Positions 39,578-53,705 are shown, numbered from the stretch's first letter. The stretch is 64,000 nt of DNA from an uncultured Pseudomonadota bacterium (GCA_963749075.1 CAVVLJ010000020.1:224001-288000), one strand, 5' to 3'. Made by a program: numbers and translations. Notes: generated by a model from the sequence alone, not told the origin.

Positions 39578-40225
39578 TCAGCCGTAGCTGAGGGTCTCGC
39601 GCTCCGCCGCCCTGTACCACTCTTGCAGCGACTTCATGCTCCAGACTGCGTCGCGATAGGCCTCGGAGACCGGGTCGAGCGCCGGCGCATAGGTCGCGAA
39701 ACGGCTCACCACGGGTGCGAACATGGCATCCGCCGCGGTGAAATGGCCGAAGAGATAGGGCCCGCCATTGCCGTAGTGCTGGCGGCAGTTCTGCCAGATG
39801 GCCGCGATGCGGTCGATGTTCTCCTGAACCCCCGGGGCGAGGCCCTGGCCCGGCTTCCGCGCCCGCATGTCCATCGGCATGTTGGCGCGCAAGGGGGCGA
39901 AGCCCGCGTGCATCTCGGCGGAGACGGCGCGCGCCAGCGCCCGGGCGCCGGCATCGGCCGGCCACAGCCGGGCAGCGGGATAGCTCTCGGCGAGGAACTC
40001 GCAGATTGCCAGGGTCTCCCACACGGTCGTCCCTTTGTGCTTGAGGATCGGCACCGTGCCGCCGCCGCCGGGCGCGTGATGCAGGATCTCGGCCTTGGTC
40101 TCGGGCCGGCGCAAGGGCACCAGGATCTCCTCGAAGGCGGCCCCGGTGGCCTTGAGCGCCATCCAGCCGCGGAGCGACCAGGACGAGGTGTTCTTGTTGC
40201 CGATGACGATCGCGATGTCGGCCAA
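39578..40225 (-). CDS. Glutathione S-transferase family protein
   Basis: IGNKNTSSWSLRGW, WETLAICEFL, ADAMFAPV; TTG start with GGAG RBS. Confidence 0.9.
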   Translation of the reverse strand: MADIAIVIGNKNTSSWSLRGWMALKATGAAFEEILVPLRRPETKAEILHHAPGGGGTVPILKHKGTTVWETLAICEFLAESYPAARLWPADAGARALARAVSAEMHAGFAPLRANMPMDMRARKPGQGLAPGVQENIDRIAAIWQNCRQHYGNGGPYLFGHFTAADAMFAPVVSRFATYAPALDPVSEAYRDAVWSMKSLQEWYRAAERETLSYG

Positions 40226-40398
40226 GGCGCTGCTCCATTGCGGCTTGCGGCAGGACGGTCTAAGCGAAGGTGCGGCCGCGCGCAAGGGCGGCGTCGAAGG
40301 CGGCGGCCGGCGGCTTCCCAATTACCCAAAAGCGCGCCATTCTAGACGTGTCCGCGGCCCTGCGGCTGCAACCTGAAGTCGGTATGAGCGAGGACCCT

Positions 40399-41793
40399 AT
40401 GACGAGCTCCCTAATCGCGGCAGCCCCACGGGAGGCTGTTCCCATCACCCCCTTGCGCGAGGCAGCGCTGGCGCGCTGGCTCGCGGGCGCCGGCCTGGCC
40501 TGGCGCGGCTGGGTCGAATCGACCGGCTTCACTGCCAAGCCCGGCGAGCTCTCGCTCGCCCCGGGAGAGAACGGCCGGCTCGCCCGCGTCCTCGTCGGCG
40601 TCGAGGAGCACCAATCGCTGTGGACGCTGGCCGGCCTGCCGCAAAGCCTGCCGGCGGGAAGCTACCGCCTCGATGCGCCGCTCGGCGCCGCCGTGGCGGG
40701 CAAGGCAGCACTCGGCTGGGCGCTCGGCAGCTACCGCTTCGAGCGCTACCGCAAGGAGGCTAAGCCGGCGGCCGTGCTCGTCTGGCCCAAGGGCGCTGAC
40801 CGCGCTGCGGTCGAGGCGGCGCGGGACGGGCTCTTCCTCGCCCGCGACCTCATCAATACGCCTGCCTCCGACATGGGCCCGGCCGAGCTCGCCGCTGCGG
40901 CACGGCAGCTCGCCGAGAAGCACGGCGCCGAGATCGCGGTGATCGAGGGCGAGGCGCTCCTCAAGCACAACTATCCCCTCATCCACGCGGTCGGCCGCGC
41001 CTCCGCGCGCGCACCTCGCCTCATCGACCTCACCTGGGGCGGCGCCGGCGATCCCAAAGTGACGCTCGTCGGCAAGGGCGTGTGCTTCGATTCGGGCGGG
41101 CTCGACCTCAAGCCCGCGGGCGGCATGCTCATGATGAAGAAGGACATGGGCGGCGCCGCGACCATGCTGGGGCTCGCCTCGATGGTCATGGCGGCCCGCC
41201 TTCCCGTGCGGCTGCGCCTCCTCGTGCCCGCGGTCGAGAACAGCGTCTCGGGCAACGCCATGCGCCCGCTCGACATCGTGAAGAGCCGCAAGGGCACGAC
41301 CGTCGAGATCGGCAACACGGACGCCGAGGGCCGCCTCGTCCTCGCCGACGCGCTCGCCGAGGCCGCGTCCGAGCGGCCGGCGCTCATCGTCGATTGCGCC
41401 ACCTTGACCGGTGCCGCGCGCGTGGCCCTCGGCCCCGAGCTGCCGGCGCTCTTCTCGAACGACGACGAGCTTGCCACGGCCCTCTTGCGCCACGGCACGG
41501 CGGAGGAGGACCCGCTCTGGCGCCTCCCACTCTGGCGCCCCTACCGGCGTCTCCTCGAGAGCAAGACCGCCGACATCAACAACGTCTCCGACGGCAGCTT
41601 CGCCGGCGCCGTCATCGCCGCCCTCTTCCTCGAGGAGTTCGTCGAGGCTTCCACCCCGTGGATGCACATCGACAGCTACGGCTGGAACGCCAAGAGCCGG
41701 CCCGGCCGGCCCGAGGGCGGCGAGGGCCTCGCCATGCGCGCCCTCTTCGCCATGCTGCGCGAGCGCTTCGGAGGGCGCGGCACGAAACGCTAA
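40399..41793 (+). CDS. Leucyl aminopeptidase (M17)
   Basis: GKGVCFDSGG, MKKDMGG, NTDAEGRL, ATLTGA. Confidence 0.95.
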   Translation: MTSSLIAAAPREAVPITPLREAALARWLAGAGLAWRGWVESTGFTAKPGELSLAPGENGRLARVLVGVEEHQSLWTLAGLPQSLPAGSYRLDAPLGAAVAGKAALGWALGSYRFERYRKEAKPAAVLVWPKGADRAAVEAARDGLFLARDLINTPASDMGPAELAAAARQLAEKHGAEIAVIEGEALLKHNYPLIHAVGRASARAPRLIDLTWGGAGDPKVTLVGKGVCFDSGGLDLKPAGGMLMMKKDMGGAATMLGLASMVMAARLPVRLRLLVPAVENSVSGNAMRPLDIVKSRKGTTVEIGNTDAEGRLVLADALAEAASERPALIVDCATLTGAARVALGPELPALFSNDDELATALLRHGTAEEDPLWRLPLWRPYRRLLESKTADINNVSDGSFAGAVIAALFLEEFVEASTPWMHIDSYGWNAKSRPGRPEGGEGLAMRALFAMLRERFGGRGTKR

Positions 41794-42719
41794 TACCCCA
41801 GCGCCGTATCCACCATGTGGAGGAAGGGCTCGCCCGCGCGGTAGCGCCGCACGTTCTCGGCGACGAGCTCGGTCGTGCTGCGCGGGTCGGTGATGCTGGC
41901 GATGTGCGGGCTTAGGGCGATGCGCGGGTGGCTCCAGAAGGGATGGCCGGCCGGCAGCGGCTCGGGCTGGAAGACGTTGAGGGCGGCGTAGGAGATTTGC
42001 CCCGCGTCCAGTGCCGCGAGCAGGTCCGCGTCCACGAGGTGCCTGCCGCGCGCGGCGTTGACGACGGCCGCCCCTTTGGGGAGGCCTGCGAAAAGCTTGC
42101 CGTCGAGGATGCCGGCGGTCTCGGCCGTGAGCGGCAGGAGGCAGACGAGGATCTCGCTCTTGGCGAGGAAGGGCGCGAGGCCGGCGCCACCGTGGAAGCT
42201 CTCGACGTGCTCGAGCTCCTTCGCCGTGCGGCTCCAGCCCGCCACCTTGAAGCCCATGGCGACGAGCGCCCTTGCCGCGTCGGCGCCGAGCTCGCCAAGC
42301 CCCATGATGCCGACCGCTCGCTCCGCCGCGGTCGGCGAATAGAGCTCCTTCCAATCGCCCGCGCGCTGCTGAGCCTCGAGCTCGGGCTGGCGGCGGTGAA
42401 AGCGCAACACGTGGAGCACGACGTACTCGGTCATGCGCTGGGTCAGATATCTGTCGACGATGCGGCAGATCGGCACGTGGCGCGGCAGCTCCGGGTCGGC
42501 GAAGAGATGATCGACGCCGGCGCCGAGCGAGAAGATGGCGCGCAAGTTGGGGAAGGTCTTGAGGGCACCCTTGGGCATGTTCCACACGAGCGCGAACTCG
42601 ATGTCCCTGGGATCGCCCACCTCGGGCCAGTGGCGGAACTCGACGTTGGGCAGGCGGGCAGTGAGCTCCTGCTTCCACCACGCGACGCGGTCGCTGTCGG
42701 ATTTGAAGAGAAGTGCCAT
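41790..42719 (-). CDS. ghrA: Glyoxylate/hydroxypyruvate reductase A
   Basis: LGAGVDH, GLGELG, NAARG, PHIAS. Confidence 0.85.
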   Translation of the reverse strand: MALLFKSDSDRVAWWKQELTARLPNVEFRHWPEVGDPRDIEFALVWNMPKGALKTFPNLRAIFSLGAGVDHLFADPELPRHVPICRIVDRYLTQRMTEYVVLHVLRFHRRQPELEAQQRAGDWKELYSPTAAERAVGIMGLGELGADAARALVAMGFKVAGWSRTAKELEHVESFHGGAGLAPFLAKSEILVCLLPLTAETAGILDGKLFAGLPKGAAVVNAARGRHLVDADLLAALDAGQISYAALNVFQPEPLPAGHPFWSHPRIALSPHIASITDPRSTTELVAENVRRYRAGEPFLHMVDTALGY

Positions 42720-42744
42720 GCGCTCCTGCCACGCAATTCCGGTC

Positions 42745-43156
42745 AATCCCCCTAAACGCTTACCACGCCGCTCTCGACCGCTTCCAGATGAAAGGCGGCG
42801 GCCATGAGGGCCTTGGTGTAGGGGTGCTGGGGGGCTGCGAAGATGCGCTCGGACGGGCCCTGCTCGACCACCTCGCCTCCGCGCATGACGATGACCTCGT
42901 CGGCCGTGGCGCGGATGACGCGCAGGTCGTGGCTGATGAAGAGATAGCTGAGCCCGTGCCTTCGCTGCAGCTCGCGCAGGAGATCGACGATCTGCGCCTG
43001 CACCGACATGTCGAGCGCCGAGGTCGGCTCGTCGAGCACCACGAAGCGCGGCTTGAGCACGATCGCGCGCGCGATCGCGATGCGCTGGCGCTGGCCGCCG
43101 GAGAACTCGTGGGGGTAGCGGTGCCGCGTCTCCGGGTCGAGGCCGACCTCCTGCAG
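42745..43156 (-). repeat. Duplicated 3' end of yejF (412-bp direct repeat, copy A; orphan gene fragment)
   Basis: Matches 45831-46242 with 4 mismatches. Confidence 0.95.
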
Positions 43157-43293
43157 TGCTGCGATGATCATCGCCTCGCTCTGCCGGCAGATGCGCTCGG
43201 CGATTTCGCAGGCGAGCGGTTCGATATTGCTAAATGTCACTCCTCATTACCATAGTGTTGCTTCGGATAACAACATATACCCACCGACGACTC

Positions 43294-43923
43294 TCACACT
43301 GTCACGCTAAGACCACGCCGATAAACGTCATTATCGCGAATCATCCGATGCGCCAGCGAGAAATCGCGCTCGCTGGACATCACAAATCGCGTGGCATGAG
43401 ATACCTGAAGGGAATTTAAGCGCGTTACGACTTCCGACGAATAGGGTACCGGTGAGCCGTTCTGCAAATCATTCTTATATTTTTCCACCCGCTGAATCTC
43501 GGCTTCGCTGGCCGCCAAGATCTCGTCGATCTCGGCATAGTTCGCCCCAGCAGCCGCGGCCTTTTGTGTCAGCAATTGGGCGCGCAATCGTTTGAGTTTT
43601 TCAGAAGCCTGTGCAGCTGGCGCAAAAATTATCGGATCAACCATGCCCAAGCTCAAGGTGCAACTGATAGGTGGATAGATTTCGATGCCCGCCGAGGCGA
43701 AACCAAGATTGCCATACGGCCCGTGATCCTGCTCATTTTGCTGCGCCACCGGATTATCGCCGATATAGAACGGATCATCGTGAATAGCTGGAACCAGAAA
43801 CCAAAGTTTCGCCAGCAAAAGACGCGAAAACACGTCAGTCGAGGCAGTTATTTCATCGCACTTTGCCGAAAATGCGAGAAAGCTCTTCCGGCTCCTTGGC
43901 CTGCGTGGGCTGGCGCGCCCCAT
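43294..43923 (-). pseudogene. C-terminal fragment of a DUF4238-like protein
   Basis: FYIGDNPV...GNLG....IEIYPPIS; lower GC; no convincing N-terminus. Confidence 0.5.
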
Positions 43924-44014
43924 ATGGAAACCAGGCTTTTCGATAGATCATTTCTGAAAGTCCGCTCTTCGAGCGGATTTACGAGAATGGTATACCCGAA
44001 ATCAATACATTACG

Positions 44015-44043
44015 TTGATAATTCCGCTCAAATAGCGGATAAT
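44015..44043 (+). promoter_or_regulatory. abiE promoter with overlapping inverted repeat
   Basis: TTGATA-17-GATAAT; TCCGCT-N5-AGCGGA in the spacer; ATG 5 nt after the -10. Confidence 0.55.
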
Positions 44044-44048
44044 TAAAC

Positions 44049-44876
44049 ATGATTCATAAGCAGTACGACAATCTCGCCTCCTACGTCACGGGGCTAATCG
44101 CCTCGGGGCGGCTGGTCTTCTTGCGGGAGGAAGCCCAAAAGGCCAACAACATAAGCCAAGGGGCGTTCCTCGACGCCGCCGAAAGGCTGCAAAAGCGGCG
44201 GCAGCTCTTCAGCCCGCGGCGTGGCTTTTACGTTGTGGTGCCGCCGCAATATCTGAACCTGGGAAGCCCGCCGCCCGCCTCTTTCATCGACGATCTCATG
44301 CGCCATGAGGGCTGTCCCTATTATGTGGGGTTGTTGAAGGCGGCTGAGCTGCATGGGGCCGCGCATCAGGCCGTAATGCAATTCCAGGTCGTCACGAGCA
44401 AGCGGCTGCCGGCGATCCGGGCGGGCCGCATGAAAATCGTCTTCTACTATCGAAAAGAGCTGACGCAGCTTGCCGTCGGCATCGAAGAGCGCAAGACGGA
44501 CACGGGAAAAATGAAGGTGGCCGCGCCGGAACTGACGATCCTTGACCTCGTTCGCTACCCGCAGGCGAGCGGTGGCTTCGACAACATTGTCACCATCTTC
44601 GAGGAGCTCGGCCAAAAGCTCGATGCCATAAAGCTGGCCTCTCTCTCTCGGGCATTCGAGCGGACCGTCGTCCAGCGTGTAGGTTATCTCTTGAACCAGA
44701 TGGGTCTCCGGGACCAGGCGGATAAGTTGCACAAGTCGCTGGAACAAGGGCCAGCGACGCAATGGATCGAACTCGATCCCTCGTTGACTGCTGACCCGGA
44801 CGCTGCGCCACAGGCGGTCGCGCGCGACAAGCGCTGGCGGGTCATCGTCAGGCGCATTCCGGAGCGCGACGCATGA
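44049..44876 (+). CDS. abiEi: Type IV TA antitoxin, AbiEi family
   Basis: RRGFYVVVPP, YYVGLLKAAELHGAAHQ, PELTILDL. Confidence 0.88.
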   Translation: MIHKQYDNLASYVTGLIASGRLVFLREEAQKANNISQGAFLDAAERLQKRRQLFSPRRGFYVVVPPQYLNLGSPPPASFIDDLMRHEGCPYYVGLLKAAELHGAAHQAVMQFQVVTSKRLPAIRAGRMKIVFYYRKELTQLAVGIEERKTDTGKMKVAAPELTILDLVRYPQASGGFDNIVTIFEELGQKLDAIKLASLSRAFERTVVQRVGYLLNQMGLRDQADKLHKSLEQGPATQWIELDPSLTADPDAAPQAVARDKRWRVIVRRIPERDA

Positions 44877-45832
44877 TCCCGATGATGAATATCGTCGCGT
44901 GGAGCGCCCAAGCCCCCTGGCCCGAAATGCGGCAGGTCGAGCAGGACCTCGTCATCAGCCGTGCGCTCGTCGATTTGTTCGCCGACCCGATGTTGCAAGC
45001 CGAACTACGTTTCCGGGGCGGCGCCGCACTCAATAAGCTGTTCTTCCCCAAGCCATTGCGCTACTCGGAAGATATAGACCTCGTCCGCACCACGGCGGGA
45101 CCGATCGGCCCAATCCTGAATCGCATTCGTGCGGCGCTGGAACCCTGGCTCGGCCGGGCGTCCTTCGACCAAAGCGAGATCGCGCCGAAGCTGCGGTTTC
45201 GCGTCCCGGCCGAGGACGGATCGGGGGAGATTCGGCTCAAGATCGAGATCAACACGCGGGAGATCGAAGCGTTCGACAAGCCGCAGGCCATCGGGCTTGC
45301 CGTTGAGAATCCCTGGTTCACGGGAACGGCAGGCATTGCCACCTTCTCACGCGAAGAGCTGCTGGCGACAAAGCTGCGAGCGCTTCTCCAGCGCGACAAA
45401 GGCCGGGATCTGCTCGATCTGGCACACGCGCTTGCGGTCTTTCCGGATTTGAACACGAATCGCATCGTCGAATTTCTCGGTCTTTATCTGGCAAAGACCG
45501 CGCTATCGATCAGCCGCGCCGAAGCCGAGAAGCGGATGTTCGCCAAGCTCGTTGCCCCGCGCTTCGCCACCGATATTCGTCCGCTCCTCTCTCCGGATGC
45601 GGCGGGGGAATGGACGGACGAGGCGGTGCGCAGTGCATTCGCCGAAATCTTCCGCAAGCTCATAACCGCGATGCCCGGCGCACCATGGGCTAAGACGCCG
45701 GAAAAGCTGGAACGGTTTCGGCTCGAACTCGATGATCATCGGCAAGTGACCGGAGTAGGGGAGCGAGTTCAGACCAAGGCACGTGGCGCGATGTTGAGAC
45801 GGGTGGGGGGTAATCCACGCTATTCCGAATAA
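44873..45832 (+). CDS. abiEii: Type IV TA toxin, AbiEii nucleotidyltransferase
   Basis: QVEQDL, FRGGAALNK, RYSEDIDL, KLRALLQR.KGRDL.D; ATGA overlap. Confidence 0.9.
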   Translation: MIPMMNIVAWSAQAPWPEMRQVEQDLVISRALVDLFADPMLQAELRFRGGAALNKLFFPKPLRYSEDIDLVRTTAGPIGPILNRIRAALEPWLGRASFDQSEIAPKLRFRVPAEDGSGEIRLKIEINTREIEAFDKPQAIGLAVENPWFTGTAGIATFSREELLATKLRALLQRDKGRDLLDLAHALAVFPDLNTNRIVEFLGLYLAKTALSISRAEAEKRMFAKLVAPRFATDIRPLLSPDAAGEWTDEAVRSAFAEIFRKLITAMPGAPWAKTPEKLERFRLELDDHRQVTGVGERVQTKARGAMLRRVGGNPRYSE

Positions 45833-45837
45833 TCCCC

Positions 45838-48613
<2,776 letters not shown>

Positions 48614-48614
48614 C

Positions 48615-49721
48615 TCAGCTCTCCCGCGCCTCGAAATCGATGCGCGGGTCGACCAGGACGTAGGTGAGGTCGCCGATCAGGTTGGTCAAGAGCCCGAGCA
48701 GCGTGAAGAAATAGAGCGTGCCGAAGATCACCGGATAGTCGCGGTTGATGGTCGCCTGGAAGCCGAGGAGGCCCAGGCCGTCGAGGGAGAAGATGACCTC
48801 GATCAAGAGGGCGCCCGTGAAGAGGATGCCGATGAAGGCGCCGGGGAAGCCGGCGATGACGATCAGCATGCCGTTGCGGAAGACGTGGCGATAGAGGACG
48901 CGGCGCTCGGAAAGCCCCTTGGCGCGCGCGGTGAGCACGTACTGCTTGCCGAGCTCGGCCAGGAAGGAGTTCTTGGTCAGCATGGTGAGCGAGGCGAAGC
49001 CGCCGATCACGAGTGCCAGGATGGGCAGCGTGATGTGCCAGAAATAGTCGGTGACCTTGTGGAAGAGGTCGAGCTGGTGCCAGTTCTCGGAGACCAGGCC
49101 GCGCAGCGGGAACCACTGGACGTAGCTGCCGCCCGCGAAGAGCACGATGAGGAGGATGGCGAAGAGGAAGCTCGGGATCGAGTAGCTCACCACGATCACC
49201 GCACTCGTCCACATGTCGAAGCGCGCGCCGTCGCGCACCGCCTTGGCGATGCCGAGCGGAATCGAGATGAGATAGACGAGGAGCGTCGTCCACAGGCCGA
49301 TCGAGATCGACACCGGCATCTTCTCGAGCACCAGGCTCACCACGCTCCGGTCGCGGAAGAAGCTCTGGCCGAAGTCGAAGCGCACATAGTCGCCCATCAT
49401 GAGGAGGAAGCGCTTCCACATCGGCTGGTCGAAGCCGAACTGATGCTCGAGGCGCTTGACGAGCGCGGGGTCGAGGCCGCGGGCGCCGCGGTACCTGCTG
49501 ACGCCCGCCGCCGGCGCCGGCGCCGGCGCCTGCGCCGCCGCCGTCTCGCCGCCCGAACCCGAGATGCGCGCCGTGGCGCTCACCGCCATGCCCTGGATCT
49601 GGGCGAGCGCCTGCTCGACCGGCCCGCCGGGGGCCGCCTGGATGATCGCGAAATTGACCACCATGATGCCGATGAGCGTCGGGATGATGAGGAGCAGGCG
49701 GCGGATGATATAGGCGAGCAT
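48615..49721 (-). CDS. yejB: Peptide/microcin C ABC permease YejB
   Basis: [40 protein letters not shown]. Confidence 0.9.
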   Translation of the reverse strand: MLAYIIRRLLLIIPTLIGIMVVNFAIIQAAPGGPVEQALAQIQGMAVSATARISGSGGETAAAQAPAPAPAAGVSRYRGARGLDPALVKRLEHQFGFDQPMWKRFLLMMGDYVRFDFGQSFFRDRSVVSLVLEKMPVSISIGLWTTLLVYLISIPLGIAKAVRDGARFDMWTSAVIVVSYSIPSFLFAILLIVLFAGGSYVQWFPLRGLVSENWHQLDLFHKVTDYFWHITLPILALVIGGFASLTMLTKNSFLAELGKQYVLTARAKGLSERRVLYRHVFRNGMLIVIAGFPGAFIGILFTGALLIEVIFSLDGLGLLGFQATINRDYPVIFGTLYFFTLLGLLTNLIGDLTYVLVDPRIDFEARES

Positions 49722-49803
49722 CGCCCGCTCAAGACCGGCTGACGATAGCCTGTGCGCGCAAGCGCGGCCGTGCCGGAGCGCGGCGTCCCGGGCCGGCAGC
49801 GGT

Positions 49804-49920
49804 GCGTCCTTCGAGACGCTCGCTGCGCTCGCTCCTCAGGCTGAGGTCAAATTCGTTTTGCCACACGCAATTTTCCTCGTCCTGAGGAGCGCCCCGAAAA
49901 GGGGCGCGTCTCGAAGGACC
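49804..49920. repeat. REP-type palindromic element (TCCTTCGAGACG...CGTCTCGAAGGA family)
   Basis: Arms TCCTTCGAGACGC..GCTCCTCAGG / CCTGAGGAGCG..GCGTCTCGAAGGA. Confidence 0.85.
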
Positions 49921-49942
49921 CGCGATGGTCCCGCAAGCCCCC

Positions 49943-51782
49943 TCACTGTCCGGCCTTGAGCGCCGCCGCCTTCGCCGCGTCGATCCACCAGGTGTCGGCG
50001 AAGGGGAGCGCGTATTTGGGTGCGATCGCCGGCCACCCGAACTTGTTCCAGAAGGCCGCCCGGAAATAGGTGATGTGCCACTGCGGGATGACGTAGTAGT
50101 GCCAGAGCAGCACGCGGTCGAGCGCGCGCGTGCGCTCGACGAGCGAGTCGCGGTCCGGTGCCGAGATGATGAGGCCGACGAGCGCGTCGATCGCCTTGTC
50201 CTTGATGCCGATGATGTTGCGGCCGCCGGGCGTGTCGGCGCTCGCCGAGCCCCAGTAGTCGCGCTGCTCGTTCCCCGGGGAGAGCGATTCGGGGAAGCTG
50301 CCGACGATCATGTCGAAGTCGAAGTTGTCGAGGCGGTTCTTGTATTGCGCGGTATCGACGGTGCGGATGTGGGCGTCGACGCCGAGCCGCGTGAGGTTCT
50401 GCACGAAGGGCTCGGTGATGCGCTCGAAGGCGGGCTCGTCGAGCAGTATCTCGAAGGCGAGCGGCTGGCCCTGGGCATCGACCATCTTGCCGCCCTTGAC
50501 CGTCCAGCCCGCCGCCGCGAGGAGCTTGAACGCCTCGCCGAGATTGGCGCGGATGTTGCCTGAGCCGTCGCTCTTCGGCGCCACATACTGCTTGGCGAAG
50601 ACCTCGTCGGGAATCCCGCCTTTGAGCGGCTCGAGGATCTTGAGCTCCTCGGCGCTCGGCAGCCCGTGCGAGGCGAGCTCGGAGTTCGAGAAATAGCTCT
50701 CCGTGCGCGTGTATTGGCCGTAGAAGAGCGTCTTGTTGCTCCACTCGAAATCGAAGGCATAGCCGAGGGCCGCGCGCACGCGCGGGTCCTGGAAGACGGG
50801 GTGGCGGATGTTGTAGACGTAGCCCTGCATGCCCTGCGGCTGCTCGTTGGGGATCTCCTCCTTCTTGATGCGGCCGTCGTGCACCGCCGGCGAATCATAG
50901 CCGGTCGCCCAGAACTTCGACGAGCTCTCCTCGCGGAAGTCGTAGTCGCCGGCCTTGAAGGCCTCGAGGGAGACGTTCTCGTCGCGGTAGTAGTCGATGC
51001 GGATGCGGTCGAAGTTGTAGCGGCCCTTGTTGACCGGCAGGTCCTTGGCCCAATAGTCCTTGATCCGCTCGATGGTGATGGAGCGGCCCGGATCGACGGC
51101 CGACACCTTGTAAGGGCCGCTGCCGAGCGGCGCCTCGAGCGTCGTCTTGTCGAAGTCGTGGCTCGCGTAATATTTCTCCGAGAGCACCGGGAGCTGGCCC
51201 AGGATGAGCGGCAGCTCGCGATTGTCGCCGGGCTGGAAGGTGAACTTGACCTTGTGCTCGCCGAGCTTCTCCGCCTTGGCCACGCTGCGGTAGTAGGCGG
51301 CGTAGAAGGGGTGGCCCTTGGTGCGGAGCGTGTCGAAGGTCCAGATCACGTCGTCCGCCGTGATCGGGCTGCCGTCGGCGAAGCGCGCCTCGGGCCTCAG
51401 ATCGAAGACGACCCAGGAGCGGTCCTTGGGCACCTCGATCGACTGGGCGATGAGGCCGTACTCGCTGAAGGCCTCGTCGTCGCTCGAACGTCATGAGGGT
51501 GTCGAAGCAAAGACCGAGGCCTGCGGCGGGGACGCCCTTGAGGATGAAGGGATTGAGGCTGTCGTAGGTGCCGATCGTGGCCTCGCGCACCTGGCCGCCC
51601 TTGGGCGCCTCGGGATTGGTGTAGTCGAAATGGGTGAAGCCGGGCTTGTATTTGGGCTCGCCGTGCATGGCCATGCCGGGGCCGGTGAAGGCGGCATCCT
51701 CGGCCCGGGCGGGCAGCGCCCAGAGCAGCGCCGCCGAAAGGAACGCTAGAAGGGTTGACGCTGCGGCTCTTGCATCAGGCAT
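49943..51782 (-). CDS. yejA: Peptide ABC substrate-binding protein YejA with one frameshift near 51487
   Basis: MHGEPKY..GFTHFDY.NP.APKGG, PLGSGPY, SLSPGNEQR.YWGS. Confidence 0.85.
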
Positions 51783-52018
51783 GGCGACCCTCGGACGCGG
51801 ACGAGAGAGACGAGCGGACTGCGAGCAAGATGGCCGTTTCCGCCGCCGCCATCAAGTCCGACCATAGCACAGTCGTCGGGTTGTCCCGTTGGCGTCCACG
51901 GTCCCGGCGATCGTCGCGGGATACAGCAAGGTTTTGCGATTTTCTCAGTTCCGCGTCCCGCTCACTGCGAGCCTGACCAAGTCGCTCGCGGCGGTCGGAT
52001 GGACATTCTCCGCGTCGT

Positions 52019-52342
52019 TCACGCCGCTTCGACGGTGTGAGCCTGAATTTCCACTCCGAGCTTCCTGCGGACCACGGCGAGAATGGCCGCGAGATTGTCC
52101 ATCGTCGGGTTCCCCTTCTTCGACAGCATGCGGTGCAGGCTCTTGGCGGGCTTCGCCGTCGCGGCGGCGAGCGCCTCGAATCCCACGGTCGCATTGACGA
52201 GGTCGCGCAGGATGAGGCGGGCCGTGCGCGGCTCGCCGTTCAGGAAAAGCGTAGCCGCCTCGTCGAGCAGCGCCTTGGCGAATTCCGGATCGCGCTGCAC
52301 GCGCTCCACCACCGTCTGTTTGAAGTCCCGGGTCAGTGCCAT
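52019..52342 (-). CDS. Addiction-module antitoxin (HTH, HI1420-like)
   Basis: MALTRDFK, SLHRMLSKKGNPT. Confidence 0.85.
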   Translation of the reverse strand: MALTRDFKQTVVERVQRDPEFAKALLDEAATLFLNGEPRTARLILRDLVNATVGFEALAAATAKPAKSLHRMLSKKGNPTMDNLAAILAVVRRKLGVEIQAHTVEAA

Positions 52343-52347
52343 GTCCT

Positions 52348-52701
52348 TCACCTCTTGCCTTTCGGCTTAGCCGCGGCGGCTTTTCGTGCCTTATATTCTG
52401 CCCACAATACCCCCGCGCGCTCGATGTCGGCTTGCTGACGCTGCTTCGTGCCGCCGCCGAGCAGGATGATCAGCGCATCGCCATCCCTCGCGAGATAGAT
52501 CCGGTAGCCCGGTCCCCAATCGATGCGATACTCGCCGATGGCGCCAAGCCACTTCACCCTCGACGTATTGCCCAGCTCGAGCCGCAGCGTCGCCGTTGCG
52601 ACCTTCGCCGCCGCTTGGGCATGAAGGCTATTGAACCACGTCCGGAATGGGTTGGACGCGTCCTGCCTGACATACTCGACGACGGTCAGCACGCTGCTCA
52701 T
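52348..52701 (-). CDS. Addiction-module toxin (RelE/ParE superfamily, HI1419-like)
   Basis: EYRIDWGPGYRIY, LLGGGTK..QQADI. Confidence 0.88.
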   Translation of the reverse strand: MSSVLTVVEYVRQDASNPFRTWFNSLHAQAAAKVATATLRLELGNTSRVKWLGAIGEYRIDWGPGYRIYLARDGDALIILLGGGTKQRQQADIERAGVLWAEYKARKAAAAKPKGKR

Positions 52702-52851
52702 ATAGTCATATATAAGTTACTTTCAAAAGCAAGCCCATTTGGGGCCCCTTCGAGCGCCTCATGAGATCGAGGGACCACTGCGGTGACGGTTGAGCGTCCG
52801 GGATCATGTATTGCCGCGGGCAATTCCCGAGACATGGCTGCGGGGTGCCGC

Positions 52852-53643
52852 TCAGCCGCTTCCCTCGGCGAGGAGCGCCAGTGCCTCGGCATGACAGTGC
52901 CGGTCGCCGGCTGCACACATGCGCCCGTCCGAATGAAGGCCTAAGGTGCCGCCCTGCCAGTCGCTCACCACCCCGCCCGCCCCCTCGATGACCGGGATCA
53001 CGGCGCAATAGTCGTAGACCTTGAGGCCGCCCTCGACCACGAGGTCCGCATAGCCGCTGGCGACGAGCCCGTAGCCGTAGCAGTCGGTGCCGAAGAGCGC
53101 GAGCTTGACCGCCTGGCGCACGCGCTCGTAGGCGGCGGCGTCGCCAGCGCTCGCGAACATGTAGGGCGAGGTGGTGTAGAGCGCTGCCTTGCCGAGCTCG
53201 GCGCAGGGTCGCGTCGCGGCCGGCTTGCCGTTGAAGCGCGTGGGCCGGCCGCGCGCACCCGTCCAGCGCTCGCCGAGGGCCGGGTGGTTGATGACGCCGA
53301 GGATGGCGCGGCCCTCCTCCATGAGGGCGATCAGCGTGCCGAAAAGCGGCTTGCCGGTGATGAAGGACTTGGTGCCGTCGATGGGGTCGAGCACCCAGAC
53401 ATAAGGCGCCTCGGGGCGCTCGGCGCCGTGCTCCTCGCCGATGATGCCGTGCTCGGGAAAGCTCGCCGCGATGAGCCGGCGCATGGCGGCCTCGGCCTCG
53501 CGGTCGGCGATCGTCACCGGCGAGAGGTCGCTCTTGTCGTCGACCGCGAGGGGCTTGCGGAAATAGCGCCGGATGACGGCCTCGCTCTCGTCGGCGAGAC
53601 GGGCGGCAAGCAGGAGGAAATCGTCGATCGCGTCGGCGGCCAT
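52852..53643 (-). CDS. hisN: Histidinol-phosphate phosphatase (inositol monophosphatase family)
   Basis: SPVTIADREAE, WVLDPIDGTKSF, YDYCA. Confidence 0.85.
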   Translation of the reverse strand: MAADAIDDFLLLAARLADESEAVIRRYFRKPLAVDDKSDLSPVTIADREAEAAMRRLIAASFPEHGIIGEEHGAERPEAPYVWVLDPIDGTKSFITGKPLFGTLIALMEEGRAILGVINHPALGERWTGARGRPTRFNGKPAATRPCAELGKAALYTTSPYMFASAGDAAAYERVRQAVKLALFGTDCYGYGLVASGYADLVVEGGLKVYDYCAVIPVIEGAGGVVSDWQGGTLGLHSDGRMCAAGDRHCHAEALALLAEGSG

Positions 53644-53705
53644 GGCGGCGGAGTGTGGGCGAAGCCGGCCCCCTTGCCAAGTCCGACGGCGCGCCGCGGC
53701 GCCGC

